DNA of 64,000 nucleotides from Chiloscyllium plagiosum (taxonomy: Eukaryota): contig NC_057719.1 of NCBI RefSeq assembly GCF_004010195.1, positions 87,483,633 through 87,547,632 on the forward strand, written 5' to 3'. Each line of letters begins with the position of its first letter. The first letter of the stretch is position 1. The notes beneath the pieces were generated by a model. It ran no database searches. It saw only the letters and a list, made by a program, of their open reading frames with translations, and was not told where the DNA came from. The translations under genes were made by a program, and so were the position numbers. Below are positions 1-12,010 of this stretch, piece after piece.

Positions 1-420
1 TACAAGTCCGGATCCCATCCCCCTGCCAAATTAGTTTAAACCCCCCCGAAGAGTGCTAGCAAACCTACCTCCCAGTATATTGGTGCCCTTCTGGTTCAGG
101 TGCAACCCGTCATTGTACAGGTCCCACCTTCCCCAGAATGCAGTCCAATTGTCCAAATACCTGAAGCCCTCCCTCCTACACCATCCTTCCAGCCACGTGT
201 TCAACTGCACTCTCTCCCTATTCCTTGCCTCACTGTCACGTGGCACCGGTAACAACCCAGAGATGGTGACTCTGTCCGTCCTAGCTTTTAGCTTCCAGCC
301 TAACTCCCTGAGCTCCTGAATGACCTCCCCACCCCTCTTCCTACCTATGTCGTTGGTGCCAACGTGTACCACGACTTCTGGCTGCACACCCTTAAGGATT
401 CTGAAGACACGGTCCGAGAA
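1..420 (-). mobile_element. CR1 LINE ORF1 fragment (SGNH esterase domain)
   Basis: ORF 31..387 has VVVHVGTND and DGLHLN motifs typical of the CR1 ORF1 esterase. Confidence 0.85.
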
Positions 421-636
421 TCTATAGTTGACCTCCCTCAGCTCATGGGCTCATTGCATCACTGGTGAATGTATCCTACACATTAGGATCCCTAAGGTTT
501 GTGTGGGCTGAGACAGATAGGTTAAGCAGGGGCAGAGGGTCTGAGTGGGTTCGGAAGGCACGAGCTGGGCTAGATCCACATGGGAGGATGGAGGACTGTG
601 GTGAAGGAATTAAGATGAGGTAGAGGCTTGGGTTAC

Positions 637-986
637 AGAATCATAGAATCCCTACAGTGTGGAAGCAGTCCATTCAGCCCATTGAGTCCATACTGCCCTC
701 CGAAGAGCATACCGCCCAGAGTCACCTCCCTATACCTCCCTGTAACCCAGCATTTCCCATGGTTAACCCACCTAGCCTACACATCCATGGGCACTATACG
801 CAATTTAACATGGCCAGTCCACTTAATCTTTGGACTGTGGGAGGAAACTGGAGCACACACAGGAAACCCATACAGACATGGGGAAAATGTGTAAACTCCA
901 CGCAGAAACTGGTCCGAGGCTGGAATTGAACCCGATTCGTTAGTGCTATGAGGCAGCAGTGCTAACCACTGAGCACTGTGCTGCCC
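637..986 (-). mobile_element. HE1-like tRNA-derived V-SINE (diverged)
   Basis: Same head (A/B box), body and CR1-like tail as the young copies at 15214 and 46718. Confidence 0.8.
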
Positions 987-1585
987 TTCAGGGTTGAGGG
1001 AGACAAAGGGAGGGGTTTATAGTGAGTGGGAGCTGGAAAAGTGTGTGTGGGTTGATGAAGAGAACAGGAGTGAACAGGAAGGATTTGCAGTGGTGGGAGA
1101 GCTGGTGGGGAAGAGAAAACATGGACTCAGATGGCAAAGAAAGGGTTAGAGCTGCAAAGGACATTTGCAAAGGCAGGGAGATTAAATTTACTAGAGAAAC
1201 CTATGTCATTCACCAAGGACTGAGTTGCTACATGAGCTGGACATGGTGTGGGATTGAATTGTAGAATGGAGCTCGAAATGATTTGTTCTTCCTGTCACGT
1301 AAAGCTGAGGAGGAGGGCTCAGTGCAAAGGGAAGGTTGGGTCTGGAGGTAACAGATATCATTAGGTATTTCAGCAGGGGTAGAATGACATTGGATTCAAC
1401 ACGGACACTTGTCCAGAGGTTAGAATGGGCAGCGGGTGACTGATTTGAGGAGGAGGTAGTTCTCCTGGTGCTAAATGTTGCTAAAGTGCGAGTGGTGAGG
1501 GAGTTATGAACAGGGGTAATGATACAGGAAGCTCACTGGGATGGGAAGTAGTCACAGGTGTAGAAAACAGCGGAGCTCTGTTTAC

Positions 1586-1718
1586 CAGCACATGTTGATA
1601 GTCATTGCCATAATCCTCAGAGCTGGCAGTTTGCATCTGCTGTGTGACCCACGCCTCCAGTTCTCCAATTTCTCTCAGATACTCATGGAATCGCAATGTC
1701 TCTTCCAATTTCCGTAGC
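1586..1718 (-). CDS. SPTBN5: Beta-spectrin exon 24 (gene continues beyond window start)
   Basis: tcccag|G LRKLEETLRFHEYLREIGELEAWVTQQMQTASSEDYGNDYQHVL|gtaaac; 133 nt, phase 2->0. Confidence 0.9.
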
Positions 1719-1809
1719 CTGGGAATTAAAATAAATAAAGCCCGTCAATTAGCTTCTTACTTGCAAACCTATTCCATATAGCGGGTCTCCACAGGGTGTC
1801 CCTGGGCAG

Positions 1810-1972
1810 GTGTGTGTGCACACAAACACACGTGCGCATGTGTGCACGCACACACAGGCGCGCGCGCACACACACATACACACCCATGTGTACATATATA
1901 CACAACACACTTCCACACGTGTGTATACGCACACACACACGCATGCACACAGGTGCACACGTACACACACAC
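1810..1972. repeat. Compound (CA)/(TG)/(CG) alternating purine-pyrimidine microsatellite
   Basis: Directly visible. Confidence 0.9.
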
Positions 1973-2345
1973 CCTCCAAACCCAAAGCAATGTGGTTCAC
2001 TTTTAACTGTCCTCTGGTTAGTTGGGAATGGGTAATAAATGGTCTGGCCAGTGATGCCCATTTTCCATGAGCAAATAGATAAACACACACATACATAACA
2101 CTTGTGTACATAAATCATCAAACGGACATGAACAAATGCAAACCACGTTCATAGATCTCTCTGCAGGATTACACAAGGGGAAAAAACCACTTAACATGAC
2201 ATTATTCTTGGATTGAGCCTGTTGAATTGGACTGCTTTCATTGCCTAATGCCCATCACCACTTCATCACTGTTACCTCAGGGCATTATCTCAAAGCCAAT
2301 AGGAGCCATTGAGCCAGAGTACCTGAAGACCCAGAGTCCCTGTAC

Positions 2346-2509
2346 CTGACTGCCGAACACTCCTGCAGTTCCTTCATCCTCTTTCGAATCTGCTCTTGAG
2401 GTTCATCCACCATGTCAAAGGTGATGAGTCCTCTGAGCAGAAGGCCCTCAGAAATCTGATGAAGCTCCTCCGCACGGCCTTGGTAATCCTGGATCTGCCG
2501 CTCCAGAGC
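2346..2509 (-). CDS. SPTBN5: Beta-spectrin exon 23
   Basis: cctcag|ALERQIQDYQGRAEELHQ...EPQEQIRKRMKELQECSAV AG|gtacag; 164 nt, phase 0->2. Confidence 0.88.
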
Positions 2510-3171
2510 CTGAGGATTAATGAGAACACTGTTCAGAGGGACAAGATGGGGGAAAATGTCACATTTCTTTACCGACTGTATTATAAAAATGGAAATCAGT
2601 GACAGCCAGCAGAGGCTTCAGTAACATGCTGGAGGGTCACAGGCTAAGGATGCCGGGGAGGGGTTTGAGATAAGGAGGATCATCTTCATCCAGAGAGTGG
2701 AACTGAATTACCATACTGATGGATTACCATCAGTAGAGATACAGTCAGTAGCAGTGTTACATTATGATTTGCTCAGCAGACAGACTTCCTTTGAAAGATC
2801 AGCAATGATTGTTTTAGGAAAGTACAGTTGTAACTCCCTCAGATAATGCACTGCAAGTTAGATTGTGCAGTGGCTGCCAGTCACATACTCTACTTCCTAC
2901 ACTGCTACCTGCTGATTAACATATTCTCTCAAAGTAATAACTACACCATCAAACACAAAACAAATACGGATGGGGAAAGATAGCATTCGAATGCTCTGCA
3001 TCTTAAACCACAGGATCTGATTATAGGGGCAGTCACTGCTTTCATGCTTTTTAAAAAAATGAGAATGGTGAATGATTTGTAACCTTTTGCCGGGGAAAAG
3101 CAACTACAATCATTGTACAGGCATAAGGAGATGGTTTTGAGTGCTAACTGTGTAGAGGAGTTCTCCACAAC

Positions 3172-3206
3172 CACCTGATGAAGGAGCAGTGCTCCGAAAG
3201 CTCGTG
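3172..3206 (+). ncRNA. Minimal type-I hammerhead ribozyme motif in ~97-bp Penelope-type insert (3161-3257)
   Basis: CAC-CTGATGA-A-GGAGC-agt-GCTCC-GAAA-GC-TC-GTG: intact core, stem II, stem I CAC/GTG, palindromic AGCT stem III. Confidence 0.75.
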
Positions 3207-3624
3207 CTTCCAAATAAACCTGTTGGACTATAACCTGGTGTTGTGTGATTTTAACTTTGTGCAGAGGAGGTTAGTCAGCACCTGAGGTTGGGAAGGTAGA
3301 TTCATGCTTTGATTACAGTCGGTGGTGAATATTCACCTTCAGATGCTGGCCTGTCTCTCTCTCCCTCTCAGATGCTGACACTTGTTCTCTGGTCCATATC
3401 TCTGTGAGGGCCCGTCAGATCATTGATTTGCACATGCTCAGACTCAGTTCATTCCACAGCCCGGATGCCTGCACCTATCACCTATGTTTTTTATCAATTG
3501 ACACAGATAAGTTGAGCTGAATCTCCTCCTTTCGTGCTGTGAATATCTTCGAGTCTACGAATATACAAATTGAAGCAGCAGCACTGTGCATTCTTAGTCA
3601 ATATAACTTTCAGAATAAATAACG

Positions 3625-3915
3625 TCCTGGGGAGTTGGATTTAAATCTCACCACAGCAGATAGTAGAGTTTGAATTCAATAAAAATCTGGAAGTAAGAAT
3701 CTAATGATGACCATGAATCCATTGTTGATTGTTGGAAAAACCCATCTGGTTCACTAATGTCCTTCAGGGAAGGAAACTGCCATCCATACCTGGTCTGGCT
3801 TACATGTGATTCCAGACCTACAGCAATGTATGGTTGACTCTTAACTGTCCTCTGGGCAATTAGGGATGGGTAATAAATGCTGCCTAGCCAGGAACGCCCT
3901 CATCCAATGAAGAAA
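3625..3915 (+). mobile_element. SINE-like element with LINE-derived tail
   Basis: Related copies near 5940-6100, 61270-61560 and (minus) 61045-61240, 63310-63790; 3' end ggcaattagggatggg.aataaatgc resembles the LINE tail near 49200. Confidence 0.65.
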
Positions 3916-4839
3916 AGAGATACAGTACTGTACAATATTTAAAAACAAATACACACTGTATTCTGTCCACTGTACTTTTTGATTCACCAGGATCCAGCTG
4001 GTTTGTCAGCTCAGACAGCTGTTGAGTTCTAGCACTAACTGCACTAGCTGCTGGCCCACAGTACACATTCAACAACGAAGGGAGCAGTCCGAGGTCAGAT
4101 ACGAGACACTGAGCTGCTCGGACTGCAATGCAGCCTATGGTTTTGGTTCTTTTCTAAGTTAACAATCCAGGCCCCAGAGCTGATTCAGTGAGAGAAGGTG
4201 AGAGAAAATTGTCAGTCACCATGTGGACTGATTATGCTTCTGTGACAGGCTGGGGCTCAGTGATATACAGATGGAGATCTAATTATAGGGGTAGTCACTG
4301 CTTTCATGCAGAACACCAATCTATTAAACTTGGAGACTTCGCTTGCTGAATCTCTTTGTAAATATCTCCTGGGATACTGGACATACCTGTAGAGACAAGG
4401 GCTCCGTGGAGATGAATCTCATAACTCTCACTGAGATTACAGGCCCCACTGATTAACAATGTTAAAGTAAAATAACATTAAATGGAGCAATGTTAGATGA
4501 GGACTATCTGTACCATCTGGTCCATTCTTCGCCCTACCAATCTCAAATCAGATTGTTCTTTTAAGTCAACATTTGTCCATAAAGCATGAGTCATTGATCT
4601 TTTTGTCTATTTTGATGACTATGGTGAGTACAAATTAGAGATAAACTACAGAAACAACACAAGGGATAAAGCCTCAGGACAGGCCTACAAATGAACAGCA
4701 CAAAGGTTGCAAGTTAGAGTTTCTTTGTTACAGTTAATTAGAAGAGTTCTCTCTGGTGGTATGTTTAGTGCAGAACATGAATAATGCAAGTCATTCGTAG
4801 ACAAGCTGCCAAGTTGCCACCTCTGGAGATCACACCTAC

Positions 4840-4956
4840 CTTATGGTTCTTAATCAGCTTCAGAGTGGCAGCTTCGTTCTTCCCATAATCCTCGCTTACC
4901 ACAAGCTGAAGTTTTTCTGCTGCCCAGGCTTCCAGCTCAGATGCATCTGCGATGAA
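4840..4956 (-). CDS. SPTBN5: Beta-spectrin exon 22
   Basis: ttttag|FIADASELEAWAAEKLQLVVSEDYGKNEAATLKLIKNHK|gtaggt; 117 nt. Confidence 0.9.
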
Positions 4957-5011
4957 CTAAAATAGAATACAGTTAGCTGGTTTTCTGTCAATACCAGCTA
5001 TATCTATACTG

Positions 5012-5280
5012 AAGAGGGAGATGCTGCAGGACAGCATATAATGGCTGCTATGGAGAGGGAGGTGTATCTGTTGCAGGACAGTGAGTACTGGCTGTTGAGT
5101 GGAGGGAGATGTAACTGCTATAGAGGAGTATATGCTGTCTGTTGTGGGGAGAGAGGTGAATCTGCTGCAGGAGTATGTTTACTTACTGCACAGTGGAGGG
5201 AAATATAACTACTGAAGAGAAGTATATGCTATCTACTATAGAACAGGAGGTGTAACTGCTGCAGGACAATGTATTGTATA
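5012..5280. repeat. Degenerate ~47-bp minisatellite
   Basis: Recurring gaggga(g)gtgta(a/t)ctg(c/t)tgcaggac motif, ~6 diverged copies. Confidence 0.6.
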
Positions 5281-6160
5281 AACACATGGTCAAACATACC
5301 TTAAGGTGAAATATGTGAACAGTCTGCTTCAGTCTGTAATGGTTACCAAAGAGATGGACGGTGGCTACTGCTAAATGGACCCAAACATATACAGGAATTT
5401 ATACAGGAGCTAACTACCTCAGTTACCTTTCTCCCCTTGCATTCTGATCTGTACATGAAGAGGAGATGTTGATGTTGTTGTAATATCACTGCATTAATAG
5501 TCCAGAGGCTAGGCTAATTCTCCAGAAGCAGCGGATGGAATTTAAATTTGATTAAAAATCTGGAATTGGAAACTACTCTCAACAATGGTGACCTACCATT
5601 GAATGTATTGTGGATGGGTCTGAAAGGGTTTAAACTGCCCTCTGTCACCCATGCTGTCATCTTGACCCTCCTTGTAGTCTCCATAATAATTTGTATCAAT
5701 GGGCCTTGTACTTAGATGTGGACACGATGTAAACTTTATCCTGTTTAACTCAGAAGCGTCTACTCATTACACCAGCAAGTGGCTTCTCTCTCTCTTTCTC
5801 TCTCTCTCTCTCACATACACACACCAGACCAAGTGGATTTTGCAGATCCCTGTCCTGGAAGAGGATAATGGAAGCAAACAGCCCTCCCCTACTGAGCAAT
5901 GGAGCTTCTTATAACATGGCAGTCAGTGGTGAGGTCTGCTCCCACAGATTGTTGTAAAGACCCATCTGGTTCACTAATACTCTTCAGGGAGGACAATCTG
6001 GTGCCCTTACCCAGGCTGGGCTATGTGTGATTGCAGACGCACGGCAACACGGTTGACTCTTAACTACCCTCTGAAATGGGCCAGCAAAACACTTCATTCC
6101 AGAGCAGCAACAGAGGGACCTTCCTCGTCAGAGAGTTTAAGAAAAAAACCCTGCACTTAC

Positions 6161-6361
6161 CTGGTGGAACCGCACTGAGTGCTGTAGTTTTTTCCTCCGG
6201 TCACCACAAGCTGACTCGAGCTCCTCCCAGCGGCTCTGCAGTTCTCTGCACTTGGGCTCAGTGCCATGGGCTGTGTTGTGCTGGGAGCTGATCATCTGCC
6301 AGCCTATCTCCAGCACCTTCTGGACCTGCTGCTTGTGAGTGTTCACTTCAACCTGCAGCTC
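6161..6361 (-). CDS. SPTBN5: Beta-spectrin exon 21
   Basis: ctacag|ELQVEVNTHKQQVQKVL...CRELQSRWEELESACGDRRKKLQHSVRFHQ|gtaagt; 201 nt. Confidence 0.9.
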
Positions 6362-6731
6362 CTGTAGCAGGAAGAAACACCATGGTCAATGACAGGCTCA
6401 AGAACAGGCCTGAGGCCTACATAAGGACGTGGAGGCTGGAGGAGGAGGGGTAAAGTAAAGGCTGGGGGTGAGGACAGAGGAGATGAGACCAAGGTGCTAT
6501 TATAAACTATACTGCACTCCATTCAATAGACCAAACCCATCCCAGTATCTGAGTGGCTAGCCCATTATCCAGCTGTGTTGAACTTACATTTTTCAAGGAA
6601 TGTTACCTCAGAGCTGCGCAAGCCAACATTATAAGTTCTCCGGCCTCTGAGAACCTGGTCTCAGAACCAAGACCTCGGAGTGTGAAACCACCCGACTGTA
6701 GTCAGCAGTTGGATCTGCTCAAAACACTCAC

Positions 6732-6918
6732 CTTCTGCTTCTGCAGCAGGCTCTGGGCCGTGTCCAGGGACTTGCCGTAGTTCGACGATGTGCAGCTTGG
6801 AATGCGCTCAGTGATCCACTTCAACTCCAGGTCACTGTGGTGGTAGAATTCGTGCAGAGCCATTGTTGCTTCTAGAACCTTTCTTCTCTCCTCCAGGGGC
6901 TTCTGGAGCGATTCAAAC
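6732..6918 (-). CDS. SPTBN5: Beta-spectrin exon 20
   Basis: FESLQKPLEERRKVLEA...ELKWITERIP...YGKSLDTAQSLLQKQK|gtgagt; 187 nt, phase 2->0. Confidence 0.9.
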
Positions 6919-7304
6919 CTACAGCGGAAAGGGGCAGAGCAGAACTGAGAATCAGTGACATGTTGCGAAATTAACTTGACGGGTTTTCCAAAAGGAGGGA
7001 CCGGCGATTGAATGAGGGAGTAGAACTGCAGACGGGTACCGAGCAAAGGGGAGACTGTGTTGAACAGTGAATGAAGTGTAGAGGAGTCGGAAGGCCCGTG
7101 GTCAGGATTACAATGGGGCGTTCTCACTGGGGTGGTTGGGGTCAGGGGGGTGGGCTCTCACCTTCTGGATACTGGACAGCTCAACGCAGGACCCTTTCAG
7201 GGAGCTCCATGTACGCCAGGCACCGGTGACTGTCCCCTCACATTGCCCCACTATCTAACCACCTCTCCTATTCTATTTTCACATTTGGAACCATAGCATT
7301 CCCA

Positions 7305-7940
7305 CAGTATGCTTTCCTTTATTGGTCAGAGTATTGCGTACAGGGGTTGGGAGGTCATGTTGCGGCTGTACAGGACATTGGTTAGGCCACTGTTAGAATA
7401 TTGCATGCAATTCTGGTCTCCTGCCTATCAGAGAGATATTGTGAAATTTGAAAGGGTTCAGAAAAGATTTACAAGGATGTTGCCAGGGTTGGAGGATTTG
7501 AGCTACAGGGAGAGGCTGAACAGGCTGGGGCTGTTTTCCCTGGAGCATCTGAGACAGAGGGGTGACCGTATAGAGGTTTAGAAAATCATGAGGGGCGTGG
7601 ATAGGGTAAATAGGCAAAGTCTTTTCTCTGGGGTCGGGAGTCCAGAACTAGAGGGCATAGGTTTAGGGTGAGAGGGGAAAGATATAAAAGAGACCTAAGG
7701 GGCAACGTTTTCACGCAGAGGATGGTTTGTGTCTGGAATGAGCTGCCAAAGGAAGTGGTGGAGGCTGGTATAATTACAACATTTAGAAGGCATCTGGATG
7801 GGTATATGAATAGGAAGGATTTGGAGGGATATGGGCTGGGTGCTGGAAGGTGGGACTAGATTGGGTTGGGATACCTGGTCAGCATAGATGGGTTGAACCG
7901 AAGGGTCTGTTTCCGTGCTGTACACCTCTATAACTCAATC
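7305..7940 (+). mobile_element. CR1 LINE 3' fragment (ORF2 C-terminus and 3'UTR)
   Basis: LYRTLVRPLLEYCMQFWSP...ERVQKRFTRML; followed by a minus V-SINE piece at 7941-8106. Confidence 0.88.
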
Positions 7941-8144
7941 TACCTAATTTGCACATTTTTGGACTGTGGAAGGAAACTGAAGCACCCAGAGGAAATCCAC
8001 ACAGATTTAGGGACAATGCTCAAGCTCCACCGACAGTCGCCCAAGGCTGGAATAGAAACCGAGTCCCTGGTGCTGTGAGGCAGCAGTGCTAACCACTGTG
8101 CCACCTTATTTCTGCCTGTAACCCAGAGCAACCACCAGCCTCAC

Positions 8145-8371
8145 CAGTCCAGGTGTTTCTGAGTCTGCTCCAGTATTCTCTGAGAGTCAAAGTGATCTGT
8201 CGCCACCTTCCTGGCCCGGTTGACAATGCTGTTAATTTTCTCTGCGAGCTCGCGCATTTCGCACTCCAGCCACTTGTGCTCTTTCAGGAGGAGTCTGCTG
8301 GAGCGCAGGTCATGGCCTGTGTTGGGATTTAGCAGCATCTTCTCGATCTGTTCAAGTTTTGTTTTGGCATC
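8145..8371 (-). CDS. SPTBN5: Beta-spectrin exon 19
   Basis: ccctag|DAKTKLEQIEKMLLNPNTGHDLRSSRLLLKEHKWLE...KHLD TG|gtgagg; 227 nt, phase 0->2. Confidence 0.9.
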
Positions 8372-8463
8372 CTAGGGGGAGAGAGAGAGAGTGGGAAAAT
8401 TGAATCAGCAACACTGGAACCGCAGCAACATTACCAGCCGGACCCTACATCAGGAAAAGAAGA

Positions 8464-8660
8464 GCTGAAAAATGTGTTGCTGGAAAAGCGCAGCAGGTCA
8501 GGCAGCATCCAAGGAGCAGGAGAATCTACGTTTCCTGAAGAAGGGCTTATGCCCGAAACGTCGATTCTCCTGCTCCTTGGATGCTGCCTGACCTGCTGCG
8601 CTTTTCCAGCAACACATTTTCCGGCTCTGATCTCCAGCATCTGCAGTCCTCACTTTTTCC
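8464..8660. mobile_element. Inverted Penelope pseudo-LTR fragment pair with hammerhead motif (8535-8562, +)
   Basis: aaaatgtgttgctggaaaagcgcagcagg arm and its reverse complement; CTGAAGA-A-GGGC-ttat-GCCC-GAAACGTC; same sequence as the terminus of the Penelope at 54115. Confidence 0.75.
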
Positions 8661-8789
8661 CATCAGGGAAAGAAGCACAGTCCCATCAACTGGATGACCA
8701 ATGGGTCAGATTATTGCTGACATTGCCCACAAGTACACGGTTTTATGTTATAGTTATATGCGCTCTGCCACTGCAATGCTGGTCAGAGG

Positions 8790-8960
8790 AGCAGTACTGG
8801 AGGAGCGCTGCATAGTCTGAGGTGCCACCTTTCTCAGGCAAGTCATTAAACTGAGGGCCCGTCTGTCACTTAAAGAGCAGGGATGTCTATTGGAATCTTG
8901 GTCAACATTTATCCCTCAAACAACACCGACATTAAAGAGTTACCTGGCACTATCCTAAAG
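8790..8960 (+). mobile_element. Deu-domain SINE remnant (SacSINE1/AmnSINE1-like)
   Basis: ttaaactgagggcccgtctg...agagcagg...ggtcaacatttatccctcaa resembles the recalled Deu domain. Confidence 0.55.
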
Positions 8961-9248
8961 AACATCATTGTTCGCACAATGCTTTGGGAGTTGGATAAAA
9001 AAAACTTTTATCTTTGGATCAAGACTCTAAAGCACATTGCCATTCTTACGTGTACTGCTCAGTTAATAGTGAACATTTCTGTAAGGAATGTCATGTGGAC
9101 CAACCAGAACATAGAACATTACAGCCGCAGGCTGACTTGAAAACCATCCCACCCCCCCATCCAGAAGTGGTCTCATTCAGCCTGAGAGATGTGTCCAATG
9201 CTGGTGATGGGCACAGTACCCATGCCCCCATCTGAAACAGCCTCACAC

Positions 9249-9413
9249 CTGTAGTAGCTCCATGAGTTGCTCCTGCTGGCCAGCTTGCCTCATTTTGTCC
9301 CCGCGCTCTACCAGCTTATTGCAGAGCTTCATCCACTTCTCCCTTAATGTCGCCAGGCAGGATCGGATATTGTCCCTGGCATAATGGTTCTCTTCGATCA
9401 GATTGTTGCCTGT
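9249..9413 (-). CDS. SPTBN5: Beta-spectrin exon 18
   Basis: TGNNLIEENHYA...RGDKMRQAGQQEQLMELLQ|gtgtga; QAGQQEQL recalled as SPTBN5-typical; 165 nt. Confidence 0.9.
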
Positions 9414-9629
9414 CTGATGGAGAAAGGGAAAATATAAGTACATACATACCACTTTCCTGACAGAGTATCACGAAACACTTCAATCAGCCTAACCCCAAGG
9501 TGAGATTATATTTCTTGCAATAGAATCAGAGAAGCAGACAGTGCAGGAGGAGGTTTTCAGCTCATCACGAATATTATTCCAAGGAATATTACTGTTTGAG
9601 TTGAGACTCTGAGCATAATCAGGAAAATC

Positions 9630-9795
9630 TGAGCAGGAAAATCAATTTTTCGGGCAAAAGCCCTTTATTCTGATGAAGGGCTTTTGCCCGAACCATCCAT
9701 TTTCCTGTTCCTCGGATGCTGCTTGACCTGCTGTGCTTTTCCAGCACTACTCTAATCTTGACTCTAATCTCCAGCATCTGCAGTACCCACTTTCC
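9630..9795. mobile_element. Penelope pseudo-LTR fragment with degenerate hammerhead
   Basis: ctgatgaagggcttttgcccgaac preceded by a short inverted copy. Confidence 0.7.
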
Positions 9796-10959
9796 CTATA
9801 ATCCCAAGTGCTAACTTGTCCCTGAAGCTTACTAGCCTTATTACAGAAATCTAACAGTGCAGGAGAGGCCATTTACTCCATTGCGTGTGCACTAGCACTT
9901 GGAACATTATGACTTAGTGCCATTCTCCACACTTTCCCTTTAACTCTGTACCTTATTCCTATTTAAATAACCATCCAATACCCTGTTGAATGCTTCAATT
10001 GAACCTTCCTCCCACACACTTCCAGGCTGAGCATTCCAGACCATAACTACTCAGTGTGAAAAAGGCATTTTCTCATATCAACCTTTAACTTTGCAAAGTT
10101 TACTTGAAATCCACTTGGTTCCTAATCCTTTCACAATTTCCCTATATATATTCAATCCTGGCCACTCACGATGTTCAAAACTATTAACAAACCTCCTCTG
10201 CATCAAAACAGACTCAACTTCTCCAATCTTCCCTCATCACTAAAGTGTCTCATTGCTGTAATCATTCTCATAAGCACTCTCCCCGATGTATTCACATCCT
10301 TCCTACAGGGTGGCACAGGGAACTGTACACTATCCCTCCAATATGAATTCAGCATCGCCTCCTTTCTCTGCCCCTATTAACACAGCCAAGGATTAATGCC
10401 ACCAGAAACAGTGACGTGCCTATGACTGAATACCTTCACCATTGTAGCTACTTCCTCATTCCAGTCACTTCAAAATATGGGATATTGCTTATTCCACTGT
10501 TGTTTAATAGGGCTGTATGCTAATTTGAAGGTGGGAAGGGAGAAGTGAGGTTTGGGGATGGTGAGGGCATGAATGGTCATGCAGGTGGGGTTGTGGGTAG
10601 AGATGAGTAAACATCCAACACAAGCTCACTGGACTTTGTCAGGAGTTAAAACCAGACTCCCGCAGTTTCACTCTTCTCTGATCTCACTGCTGCTCCTTTC
10701 AGCTACCTTATGCTTTTTCTCCTCAGCTAGACTAAAATGATCTCCCCATGATAAATGAACTTCTCAGCCAGAGCACTAGTCCCTGCTCTGTTCAGCTGTA
10801 GTGTGTACACCTCGGATAACAGCCCCTTCTTCCCAAGAACTGGTCCCAACGACCCAAGAGACAGAAACACTCCCTCCTTCGTCAGTTGCCCCAGTCACTG
10901 TGGGAAGTGGCCACATTCACCGATGATTTTACCATGTTCAGCAGCAATCCTCAGGTACT

Positions 10960-11765
10960 GAAGCAATCTATAGCCAAATGTAGCCAGACCTGGACAATAT
11001 CCAGGCTTGGGCTGGTAAGGAGCAAGTAACATTCGCACCACAATAGCGTCAGGCTATGACCATCTCCGACATGTTAGAATCTAGTTGTTGCCACTTGGCA
11101 TTCAATGGCATCACCCATTACAAACATCCCAGGGTTATCACTGACTAGAAACTCAAGCTGCTGTTGTAGTCACATATAAATATTGTTAAATTGACTCCAA
11201 TATCATGTGGATTTGTGTGATTTGATGTCTCATTCTTTTGGATTTAGTATTTTGGATTTGAGTATCTCACCTCTTGACTCCCCAAAGCCTATTCACCATC
11301 TACAAGGCACAAGTCAGGAGTGCGATGGAATACTTCCCTGTTGCTGGGATGAGAGCAGCTCCAACAACACTCAAGCAGCTTGACACCATCCAGGATAAAA
11401 CAGCCCAACCACAAGCATCCACTCCCTCCATCACTGACACTCAGTAGCAGCAGTGTGCACTATCTACAAGATGTATTTCACCAAGGGTCCTTCAACAGCA
11501 CCTTCCAACACCATGACTTGTACCATCTAGACAGACAAGGGCAGCAGATGCATGGGAACATGATCACCTTCAAGCACCTTCCAAACTGCCTATTATCTTG
11601 ACCTGAAAATAGTTATTCAGTGTCACTGGGTCACAATCCTGGAATTTCCTCCCTAACACCATTGTAGGTTTACCAACAGCATATGGACTGTCGGGGGTCA
11701 AGAAGACAGCTCACCTCTACCTTCTCAAGGGGGATAAATGCGGGCCCAGCTAACAACGATTGCGA
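10960..11765 (+). mobile_element. CR1/L2-group LINE 3' portion (degraded)
   Basis: ctcccaaagcctattcaccatctacaaggcacaagtcaggagtgcgatggaatac encodes an RT C-terminal motif; same family as 48590-49260. Confidence 0.75.
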
Positions 11766-11780
11766 ACCAGAAACAAATAG

Positions 11781-12010
11781 AAAGTTCAGGTCAACTGCCG
11801 TCTCCGTGGATCCGGTTTCCACGGTTTCAATCAGCTGCGGTTTACCACAGCCTGAACATATTACAGGGAACATTCCAGAACCAGGGACCAGGGGGTTGCC
11901 GGAAAGGCACGTTTCCCATTTAAATGAATGGGTTTGTGACGATCTGCAATTTCAGGTTTCCGCAGTAGGTCTTTAAGTGTGTCCCCCGCAGGAAGCGGGG
12001 GACTACTGTA
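11781..12010. mobile_element. Possible Tc1/mariner (Tigger-like) MITE
   Basis: Right end ...ggggggactactg|TA resembles a Tigger TIR plus TA target; left TIR degenerate. Confidence 0.45.

Noticed and set aside
31..387. Host esterase/lipase gene
   Set aside because: CR1 ORF1 esterase domain; a homologous degraded copy sits in the CR1 at ~60000
1726..2121. Cys/Val and His/Thr ORFs
   Set aside because: Microsatellite translations
3884..4075. Extra spectrin exon (TQQLSELTNQLD)
   Set aside because: Exons 22 and 23 already join in phase with a continuous repeat, and I found no convincing splice sites
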